From: Nageia nagi | Lineage: Eukaryota > Plantae > Pinophyta | DNA: 64,000 nt | Assembly: GCA_050084985.1 (NCBI GenBank) | Contig: JBITNC010000001.1 | Coordinates: forward strand, 158,038,001 to 158,102,000 | Reading direction: 5' to 3' | Part shown: one piece after another, positions 53,191 to 64,000 of the stretch | How the letters are laid out: each line of letters starts with the position of its first letter | Position numbering within the stretch: position 1 is the first letter of the stretch | The notes under the pieces: generated by a model | The model's database searches: none | Told to the model about the DNA's origin: nothing | What the model saw: the letters and a program-made list of their open reading frames with translations, nothing else | Program-made: the position numbers and the translations under genes

Positions 53191-54588
53191 AGTCATCAAA
53201 AGATATGTGTTAAATGTTTTTAGTGACCCCTGATATTAACCAAGGTAGAAACTATACTAAACATTCACATTTAATGAATAACAACAATAATTTGAAGTAT
53301 AATAGAGTGGAAATTAATAAAGCAATACTCAAACTGTTAGATCAAGATAACATTTATGCACTAATGAGAAAGGGATCAAGAGATAAATAAATACCAATTT
53401 ATCTTATTTAGTATAATGAAGATTATATGCAGATAGAAGCTTATTAGAGATAGTAATCTTGATAATAAATCCCCACACAAAAAAGTAGATTGAAAACCTA
53501 GTGTGGACATCCAAGGGAGCATAAACACAAATATTTGAACAATAACATTGGCATGCATGGTAGCGTGAATGCTAAACATATCAAGAAAAGAGTTTGCAAC
53601 CAATATCTAGTAGACAATAAAGTATCAAGAAGTCAAGCCAAACAGTTACTTGTCAAAGATGAAATAACATATATGCTCATGTGATAATAGGATCCCAATC
53701 TCAATAGGTGATGTTGAGAAACACCTAATAGTTAGGTATCAACTATGTAGATGAAATCTTGATGCTTTTTCATGTAATCATTCTCATCTTTAAATATTTA
53801 AGAGAACCTCCACATAAAAGGTAGCATCAATGTTGGGGTACCTTGCACAAATAAATATGAAATTACATGAAAAGTATCTTAAGTGTGCCAACATAATACA
53901 CATAACATAATATGATATTATATAATAAAATACTTAATAAGGAAACCTAAGGTGGACTAAAATTAAATTTCAATATATGCCTTCCTTTGTAAATATAATG
54001 AAATAGAATGAAATTACAATGTAATTGTGTTTTTAAAGGAAGCATAAAAGATAAAGGAAGAAAAATTTAATGCTTCCCTATTTTTGTTTTGAAGCCATCC
54101 GATAATCAAAGGTTGATGATATTTGTTTCCCCCTCTTTGCCTTGATTGTGAAATGGAATAGTCCTCATGGAGTGAGAATGATCAAGAGCAAATAATAACA
54201 TGAAAAAAAAAGATATAAAAAAACATCTTCCAAAAAAGCATATAGATCTTAAATGACATGTTAGAGATCATAATATCATATCATAATAGTAATACTTAAT
54301 ACCCCAATAATAAAAAGGATATATCATAATAAAGGGATCATAACAATGATCATAAATTAATCATAAAGTTATAGCTAATACCCCAACCAACAAAGAGAGT
54401 GATCATAAAGTGGTCATAATGAAGTGATCATAAGCATAGCATAACACTATTTTATCATAGCAATCATAACATGTAAACAAATATCATAAGTCATGTATAT
54501 GAGAGCTAAGGGAGTTAAAGTAGATAACATTTACATTCTTGAGGGCATGCCCCAAAATAGAGTAAAAAATGATAATATGCCCTAACAT

Positions 54589-55128
54589 TGTTAGAATAAA
54601 TAATGCACTATTGTATTAATTATTCTTTAGATAGTATGTAAAGAATAATATCTTTCTCTTTATAAATATCTATTTAATTCACTTGATATTTAAAATTATT
54701 CCTAAATACCTTTTAAGTATTTAGTAAAATAAATATTAAAACTTTTCCTACACTCATCCCACTTAATGATATGTTTATCCTTTGGTTAATGGTGTTCCCC
54801 TTGGGAAAAGGGTGAGACAAAGTGGGATATTTTTCAATAAATTGGGGGCCTCCCTCAATCATTATTCATTTTTATAGAAAGCAAAAAATTTCTCTTAGAT
54901 TGATAAGAAGTGAAAGTGTTAATAGTGCATTATAAAAGTATGTTCATGAGAAGTAATAAGATCTAGATTAGAGTGGAGTACTATCTTATTGAGAGGAACC
55001 ACTATATATCTTGTGTGTATGAGATTATGTTATTGAGATTATTCTTGAGTTGTAGTTTAGAGGTTGAAGATTACTCCAAGGTGATCTTGGGTATAAAATT
55101 CTTTGCTTATTTCATTTGGTATCAGAGC
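54589..55128 (+). mobile_element. Isolated 5' LTR plus PBS of a copia-type element related to 5067-7903
   Basis: TGTTAG at 54589 to ...TTTCA at 55114, then TGGTATCAGAGC (55117-55128). Shares blocks in reverse complement with the 5067/7429 LTRs (catgagaagtaata, gaggaaccactata, caaggtgatc, cccttggg). No partner LTR seen. Confidence 0.75.
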
Positions 55129-56329
55129 CTACTTGGAGGTTCTTCCCACTTCTTCATTTATGAGGTAAAAACACCTAAAGATATAACCTCCTATCTCTTT
55201 TTTGAGTTACTTTATGATACTAACATTTTTTTTGTGTTAGTTGCAAAAGTTTTTTAAGAAAATTTGCTTAACATAACAATATATTGTTATACATTTTTTT
55301 ACTAATGCTTATGTTAGTTGCAATTTTTTTGTAAAATTTTGCTTAAAATGTAGCAATAATATTTTTTTATAAAATTTGCAAATTTTTACACTAGAATTAA
55401 ATGTGTGAATATTTAAAAAATGCAAATGTTTTTATCTCCACAATATGTTTTTACAAAATTGCAATATTTTTTATGAAAAAGGGAGGCCTATACATAAAGT
55501 TTTCTTTACTATTATACATTTAAAAAAACATGCTTTTTAATAATAAAGGAACACACTAAGTTTTATAAAATAAAATAAAAATCTTTTTCATATATTATTG
55601 TTTGTATATATTAAAAAAATAATACATGGTAATAATAATTTTTCTTTTTAAACAATATATTTAAAAAAAAAAAATCAAAAGCAAAGCTATAAAATAAGGT
55701 ATAGAAATCCACCAAATAGTAGTTGGAAATATTTTTAGTACAGATGGAAATCCACCAAGGCTAGTTGGAATGCTCCACCCATAACCTCACTACAACACAA
55801 ATACAATTTAGTGTCAAGGTGCAAGTCGAAATCCTTAAATCCCTTAAATCCATCACCATGTCTAATGCTAATGTACACATCAAGAATAGAATCACTTTTT
55901 GTGTCATCTAAAAATACAGTATCGCATCTAAGGTAGCATCATATTATGTGTCAATTGGTATTAGTAAGCATCATTACTTGCATCATAAAAAAGTGACATG
56001 ATATTATCCATAGCATCAATGTGTGTCATACTTATCATCAATGTGCATCATTATGTGCATAATGAAAAATATGATTTGCATCATTAATAGTAATATTTAG
56101 CACTTATATAGCATCAATTAATGCAAATTTAGCATCACCAATTGCAAGCATATAGTGTCATAATTAGCATCAATATGCATCACTATGGGCATCATAAAAT
56201 GTTTTTTGCATCATCAATAACATGTGTTTGTGATAGAATTAAATATGATTTCTTTTTCAGTTAGACATAACATCAATTTTTGCATCACTTAAACATTACA
56301 TCATGTTGTATTAATGTTAGTAATAGTGT

Positions 56330-56527
<198 letters not shown>

Positions 56528-56649
56528 TATGTATATTAAACTTATAATTATTTTCCATTTATTTCTCACATTGTATTTCAATGCTTTTTTTTTTTTTACA
56601 AATTTAACTAATTAATTTATTTCTTTTAATATTAGAGAGTGATTTTTAG

Positions 56650-57800
56650 GGAACCAATAATTGCTTTACATCAAAGGTAGTTTCAAATTTGTCTCTCAAC
56701 CTCCCTAGGGTACCAACAAAAGTCCTTTAACCTAGAGGAGGGTCCAAACATTTGAAACTTAGAAAAATTAAATATTATAAATACCTAATACATATATTAA
56801 TATAAGCATTTAAGTTTATACACTTTCAAACAAATATTCGAAACTACCCACACAGATTTGAAATTTGAAAATTAAACTTCTTGCTTAGAAAGAAAATGGC
56901 TATTAAGCCTTGAAAGCTCTAGTTTTGAATCTTAGGACTAGCACTTCAAATACTTATATATGTTAGAAAGTACCCCATTATTGCTTTCTTAAGCTATGTA
57001 AATTGACCCCTTCTTGAATCATTTCGATTGCTAGCTCTAAAATATCTCCACCAACCCATGGTAAAAAATTGAATCCTTGCACTAGGAATTAAAACACTAA
57101 ACAACTTGGGAGAAGACATTTTCATTATACTTCTCCTTCTAAAATAAACACCACCTATGTTAGTGGGCTCAAACCCCACTAGAATGTAGAAGAAAATAAG
57201 ATCCCCTTCAAATAATTTCCATATCATCACCTAATCAAGGTGATTAAAACTCAAAAAACCCTCATTTGTATCAAACTCAACCGCTTTATAAGGAAAGGAT
57301 TCTTTGCAAATCACAAAGCACCTCCAAAAGCAATTAAATAAATGGAGAGAAGGGAATTTTGGAATTCGCAATCCCTTAGCTTATGGATTCCATAAATGAT
57401 TTTATGATATTTCTTACTTTACACACCCTATGGCCTCTAAATCCAAGTCAAAAACCTAAGAACCAGTAACTACTTGAAGTAATGATTTCATACAGAAGAT
57501 ATATGTTATTTCTTTAACTAAAAATCTTACTTACATTAAAAATTCTACCAAAAATATCTACCTTCATGGGGTTGAAGTAGCAAATAATCCATGAATCTCT
57601 TTTGGAGAGAATTGTGCATCCAAAGAGAAGTCTAGAAGATGACCATCCCTGATTCATGGGACTAGCTAATGATATCATATGTGTCCTTCCTATCCCCTAT
57701 GTTTTGCACAACCCCTAGTTGACTCCTAATAAGGGTAGAAGCATTTTTCCCAATAGAGCTAAGCTATAGACACCCATCTAGAGGATTAGAACCCTCTTCC
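56650..57800 (-). mobile_element. Degenerate LINE reverse-transcriptase remnant
   Basis: Minus strand KGLR...PFSPFI*LLLEVL (~57315-57378) resembles GLRQGxPLSPxLFxLxxExL. LKGILFSSTF*WGL (~57170-57213) resembles the post-FADD LKxIL..ASGL motif. Confidence 0.55.
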
Positions 57801-58299
57801 CATAGGACCACCCACCTTTCCAATATTGCTTGGTGGCAAAATCCCTCCCCCTATCGTGTCCATCTCACCTTGCATGACATTTCTTTTTCTTGAATATGTT
57901 GCAATGCCAAATTTTCTAAGAGGCACATGCCATCTCCTCATGCATCGCCTCCCCCTCTCTCCTTGTAGAAACCCTGCAATCCCCCTTTATTATTTAATTT
58001 ATTTAATTACAACTTCTCATTTTTGACATATTTTTTAATATTATATTTTAATATTTTTTAATTAATTTATTAATTCTTATAGTTTTGCATATTTTTTATA
58101 TTATTTTTTAATATTTTTTATTTTAATAAAATTAATTTAATTATTTTATTAAATTGAAATGAATAAATAAATAAATATAAATATGGAATTCAACTCAAGG
58201 CATAAATTTAAAATTTAAGACATAGATATATCAAAATGTCAAATCACATTATAAATGTAGCATAATATCAAATCATAATGTATCATAAATCAACATCAC

Positions 58300-59820
58300 A
58301 AGCATGATCACTATGAAGCTCATAATGATCACTATGTGCATCATCACAATCACCATTATCAACTCCTCTTATCCTCAGTAGTCTGATCCTTAACCTGTAC
58401 TAGCACTAATGATGAACTCTAGTGTAATTAAAAATTAAATAAATGTTTGTAAATAAATAGAAATTAAAAATATTTATTACCTAATAAAATTGATTAAAAA
58501 CCCATATAATACCACTAATTGCTTACCATCTCCACCAATGTGATCAATCTGTTAAGACTTCTTTAAGTTTATAAGTCAATTCATATGATGTCGAAAGTAT
58601 TCCAAATCTATTGAACTATATATATTACCATTATTTGACTATTTATTTTAAAATATTAAATAATTTATAAATATACTTACAAGCATGGCCTCAATTCCAT
58701 GTTTTCTTGCACTACCAGTATGATGCATACCACCAACAAAATTTGATCTACTAAAACTATGTATAGATGCAACTTTTTCTTGTATTGAGCATTTGTTTAT
58801 GGACCTATGGTTCCCTTCATCATCATTCACTTTTTTTACCATTTGTTTTCACACTTTCTTGTTGCATGTTGATGGTCTGGAACCCATATGATCATATTTT
58901 TGAATCTTTTTTATGGATCTCCTCATGTGGACCCTTTTTCATTTCAAGTTACTTATAGTTTAGAGTTCTTTTTCTACACTCCACACATCACCTCAATCTT
59001 TCCTGAGGTCATCTATCACTTGTCTCTTAGCTACAAAATACAAAAATAAAATAAAATAGTTTTTATTTTTTTACAAAATAAATTTTTAAATATCATTAAA
59101 AATATTTTTATAAATTATTATTAATAATAACTAAAAAAAAGATACCTTTTTTTATCTTGTTTCTTTGTTCAAGATTCAATGTCACATCAAAATACAGGAA
59201 TGTAGCTTCGTTGAGGCAATCATAAAAACTTTTCATTGAATAATATTTGAAAATATTATTAATTTAATATATTACAAATCTATGTATAAATATATATTTT
59301 TGCAAACATCAACCATTACTAGCTTCATCATGCATGACTTCATCATCTACTTTTACCTTTATTTCAATCCCCTTTGCTCCCTTTGATGTTGAAAATGCAT
59401 AGGTCTCTTGATTAACTAACTTTGCACTTTCAACACTTACATCATCTTTACCAATTTAAAAATAAATAATTTAACAATATTACTTCATTCATAAATAAAA
59501 AATTAAAAATATTACTATGTGGAGTACTTGGAGGGTGTGGTCTAGTGCTTATGGTATGAGTTCTAGAAAAAGTTTTGATACCCAAATCTTCCTCCAATTC
59601 TTTGGCAATAAATATTCTTTTTGCAATTTTAAACATTGCTTTTGCTAAATCTCTATGAAAAAAGGAAGTTATTTTCCTTATAAAATCAAATTATTAATTA
59701 AAATATATCGATATTACATTAATACATATTGATACTTACTAGCACTTTCTTTTCCTCTATAGGATCATGATGTAACTACTTCTTTCTAGGTCTTTTCTTT
59801 CTACTCACGATGATCACTAA
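58300..59820 (-). pseudogene. Multi-exon CACTA TnpA (Ptta/En/Spm-like) remnant
   Basis: Minus ORF 58648-58842 ...SRSNFVGGMHHTGSARKHGIEAML|gtaag resembles the Ptta/En/Spm NR...H(T)GGS region. Short exons are separated by AT-rich GT-AG introns. Confidence 0.55.
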
Positions 59821-60657
59821 ACAAAGGTAATAAAAAATTTAATACTATCATTATAAAACTTATGTCATAAATAAATAAAATTAAACTTCATGTCATTTAT
59901 AAATAAAAATTAAGCTTAATGTCATAAATTTTTAAAAAATTAAGCCTAATATCGTTACTTAAAAAAAACTATATATTATCAATATAAAACTTTATGTCAT
60001 AAATAATGTTATAAATAAATAAATAAAATTAAACTTAATATCATAAATAAATAAATAAAATTAAGCCTAATATCATAAATTTGAAAAAAAAGTTAAACCT
60101 AATGTTTTAACCATTTTTTTTTGCAAAGTCCTAACCCTAAATATTTTTGTAAAGTCTTAATCCTAAGTTTTTAGGGAAAAATATGAAAGAAAATTATGGG
60201 TAAGATTTTTGACTGACATGGCAGTTATTGGTAGGAAAATAAATTACTTGTGTTGGTAAAAAGGTTTAGTATTTGATACATGAATTTATAATGGAAGTCT
60301 TGCCATTTTGAAACTTTGATTTAAAAGATAGTTTCTTTTACATCTACACGTTGGAAATTTTGTAAGAGTTTTTATAGACTCTCCTCCCAATTTTAGTATC
60401 GAGTTATTTTTTAGCAAGCATAGAGTATTATACAATTTTGTATGGTCATTTGAGTTTTTATTTCATGATTTTCACTATTGTCACTATGTGTGTCTTTTCC
60501 ATGTTTTAGATTTGTTCATTGTTTGATATCAGTATCACCCATGATTTCTCACAAGTCATCTTGGATATTTTATGATAGCATACAATAATTTGCTAGTATG
60601 TATAAATATTTATTCTTATAATGCAAAATTATGAGATGTAATTGATAATGGGGATTT

Positions 60658-61810
60658 CAAACCCTAAACCCTAATCCTTAAACCCCTTAAACTTAAAACC
60701 CTTAACCTAAACTCTAAACCCCTAAATAAAATCCCTCACCCTTAAACCCTAATTATTATCCTTAAACTCTAAATGTAACCCTTAAACCCTAAACCTTAAC
60801 CTTAAACTATGACCTTTAATGCAAACCCCTAATCCTTGCCCCTAATCTAAATTCTTAACCCCTAACCCCAAATGCTTACCCATAACCCTATCCTTAACCC
60901 CTAAATCATAACCCCAACCCTTAAACCCTTACCCCAAACCCTAACCACTAACCTAAACCCTCATCCAAAACCCTAACCCAAACTCCCAATCCTAAAACCC
61001 TAATCTTAAATGCTTACCCCTAACCCTTACCCTTAACACTAACCATAACCCTAACCCTAACCCCTAAATCATAATATTGTTGGCTATTTAGGCTCTAGCA
61101 TTCCCCCACGTACCCTTGATAAGTTTGACATAGTCCAAATTTTGAGTATGCTAGGAAATTTTCTAATTTAGGGTTAAATGAATTATGTTTATTAGTTTTA
61201 GGGTTAAACACACTATGTTTATCTATTTTAGGTTAATCTAAATATGATCATAAAAATGGTAAGAAAAACTAAGTGTTGGACGTAGAATCTATCAAAATGG
61301 GCTTATAGGGATTCAAACCTTTTTCTATGTTAGAAAATTATACTACTTTAACCAACATATCACTAATTATAATGCAAAACATACTTAACATAATTTTTAT
61401 TTAAAATAGAAAGAGGGTTAATCCCACTTTGTTTAGCCCTAGAAAGGGGTTAAATGAAGTGGGATTAACCCTCTCATCTGGAAAAATCTATAGACCTCAC
61501 CAATGTTTATTTATAATGTCTAACAATGTCAGACTTATCAAGATATGAAAGGGGTATTTTAGAGGCTAGATAGCCAATGTCAAATCATAACCATAACCCT
61601 TAAAACTTAATCCCAAACCCAAACCCTAACCCCAAATCCTAAACCTTAAACCCATCCTAAACTTGAAAATCCTAAACCCCCAACACCCTAAACCCTAAAA
61701 CCATAAACCTTAAACCTTAAACCCTTAAAACCTTAAACTTAAAAACCCTAATATGCTAAACCTCTAAAATTATAACCCCAAAACTTATAACCATAACCCT
61801 AAAATTTATA
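60658..61810 (+). repeat. Degenerate interstitial telomere-like tract (CCCTAA/CCCTAAA), interrupted by a MITE
   Basis: Dense aaccct/aaaccct variants at 60658-61065 and 61591-61810. Confidence 0.85.
61075..61581. mobile_element. Mutator-like MITE
   Basis: 9-bp TSD AAATCATAA (61066-61074 / 61582-61590). ~60-bp imperfect TIRs (tggctatttaggctcta...cttgataagtttgacat / atgtcagacttatcaag...tagaggctagatagcca). Confidence 0.82.
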
Positions 61811-62957
61811 TAATTTAAAATTAAAATTTTATAACATTAAAATTATAAACTATAATATATAAACTTAACAATTTATAAAATTTACATTATTTTAAAATTA
61901 AAAATTTATTAAATTATAATAAAATTTATATATTATTTTAAAATTTATACTATTTTAAAATAATTATGAATTTGAAAAAATTAAATAAAAAAATATATAA
62001 ATATTATCAATGTGTTCTTAAATCCTATATTCACAAAGTAAACTTATGCATAATTAGGCAAATCAAAGAAAAATTTCTTGAGAAAATTTAGGGTATCATA
62101 TAGTTTTGGATAGCTAGGGCATCTTAGGTATGTTTTTCTATGTTTCTATTTATTCTTCTATGTTTTTTAAGCAAAAATCTTAGTGTTTTAGTAAAAATCC
62201 TAGGTTTTGTAAGTTAAAACCATAGGTTTTTTAGTAAACCCTAATTTTAAAAAAACAAAACTCTAAATTTTCAAGAAAAATCCTAGTTTTTTTGTTAAAA
62301 TCATAGATTTTAAAGAATCTTAGGTTTTTTTTTCGAAAAACCCTACTTTTCTATAAGACCTAGGATTCTTTTAGGAAAAAGCCAATTTTTTTAACTTACA
62401 AAAATGTAGAAAAATTCTAGAGAAATAGGCGATTTGTACTTACCTCTTAAGATATCTAGAAAATTTGAAGAAATTATGAGAAAATAGCTTTTCTTGCAAA
62501 AATTGTAAAATTTTGTAAGAAAAATTTAAAAATTAGGTAAATTTTAACAAATCAAGTTCAAATATTCAAAAAATTAGGTTTAAAACACTTATGATAGCCT
62601 AAAACCCTTCTCCTTTGAAAATACACCTCAAATTTGAAAAAAAAAAGCATTTAGAGTGAAAGTGATAGGCCTATTTTTTTCATAATGTTAGTTTGATTTG
62701 GTGCACTTTGTGTCATTAATGGTGTCAATATCAATGTCAACCTTGTAATACATGCCTTCACACCTATTGTTTATGGCATTAAGGTGTGCATTAGGTATAG
62801 CATTAGGAATTATAAATAACACAAAAATAAATTAATACCAATTTTTAATAATTAAAATATTATAAATATAAATATTAAAAAATTATAAATATTAAAAATT
62901 ATTAAGATAGATATTTAAAAATTATAATTTTTTAAAAAAATACTACATAAATAAAAT

Positions 62958-63300
62958 TGGGGATTAGGATTTAAGGGTTAGGGGTTTAGGTTAGGGTTAG
63001 GGTTAAATAAGGCATTTGGGTTAAGTGTGAAGGGTTTGGGTTAAGATAATGGGTTTAGGTTAGAGGTTTCAGTTAGAGCTTTGGGTTAGAGGATAGGGTT
63101 AGTGGTTAAGGTTCAAGGGTTACAATTTAGGATAAGGGGTCAAGGTTTAGGGTTAAGGTAAGTAATTAATAGTTAGGGTTTGTATTTGGGGTTAGGGTTA
63201 TGGTTATGATTATGATGGAGGGGTTAGGGTTAGAGTTAGGGTTAGTTGTAAGTGTTAAGGGATAGGGTTTAAGGGTTAAGGGGTTAGGGTTTTAAGTTTA
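62958..63300 (+). repeat. Degenerate telomere-like tract in the opposite orientation (TTAGGG/TTTAGGG)
   Basis: Dense gggtta/gggttt variants. Confidence 0.85.
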
Positions 63301-64000
63301 AGTGAATGTTCATAACTTTCTTTATTTGCAAATGGTTAATAAAAGCAATATAAAAACTAGTTACCATCTCGAAACAACCATATAAAGTGAAGTATTTCAT
63401 GATTACAATTACCACTCTATCCCATGGTTTGGGTAATGGTTTAAAGGTTAAGGGTTATTATAGATGCCTAAAAATATTTATTATTTATATAATAAATCAT
63501 TATTTTATAATTCTTTAAATACTAAAAGCAAAGTTACATATTTCAAGATAAATTTGATATTACAATTCAATGTTATTTGTTATATTAAATGCAATATCAT
63601 TTACCCTAGTTTATATTTTAAAGTATCTTTAATAACGCAAAGTTTATATTATTGCTATGAGTTGGATTTCACTCCTTTCCATGTCCTTGCAAGTTATAAA
63701 AGGAGAAGTTGTAGGTTGACATCCCTATTGGATCTCTATGATAGGTGGTTTTCCCATACATTATACTTTTGATGTCCCTAGATGCCACCTATTCAAGGAT
63801 ATATCATGCTCTAAGATTATATTACTTGTTATCTTTTGTGCATGACTTGATTCTATAGGTTTTGAAGTGTCTGCACTCTAGCACTTGCACACATCTCATG
63901 CTATGATTCCTTGTGATCCAAAGTTATAGACAGAAGAGGTAATGAATGTTAATATACATAATTCATTATCACCATCAAGCCCATGTCTGACATATGTATG

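Noticed and set aside
57345-57380. Plus-strand EGNFGIRNP as a LINE 'GGLGIR' motif
   Set aside because: The same bases read on the minus strand give the RT GLR..PxSP motif, in the correct order with a second RT motif, so the minus-strand reading is preferred.
60658-63300. True telomere or chromosome-fusion site
   Set aside because: The tracts are short and highly degenerate, and their polarity (CCCTAA then TTAGGG) is opposite to an end-to-end fusion signature.

Overview
Eukaryotic, AT-rich, repeat-dominated plant nuclear DNA. The giant intron and the old, stacked LTR elements suggest a large-genome gymnosperm (inference). One host gene is visible: a two-coding-exon gene for a 98-aa, probably two-TM conserved plant protein (exons 1803-1950 and 28687-28835), split by a 26,736-bp GT-AG intron. 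The intron contains: a pol-less LTR element carrying an unrecognised ORF (2080-10260, TSD GATGG) with a nested non-coding copia-type element; a hAT MITE; LINE remnants; a TSD-flanked poly(A) retroposon; a full-length but decayed chromovirus Ty3/gypsy (17945-24392, TSD ACTTC); and an internally deleted hAT. Downstream of the gene are CACTA remnants with tandem arrays and a ~14-kb Tat/Ogre-like element. That element has a tRNA-Asn PBS, gag-protease, no recognisable RT/RH/IN, and a spliced antisense plant-mobile-domain gene. Further on are a 5'-LTR+PBS fragment, a LINE RT remnant, CACTA TnpA exons, and oppositely oriented degenerate telomere-like tracts hosting a MULE-type MITE with a 29-bp hairpin. 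No unambiguous new system is proven. The best leads are the two non-autonomous LTR elements with cargo ORFs and the possible Tim17/Romo1-like nature of the host protein. All alignments were done by eye.
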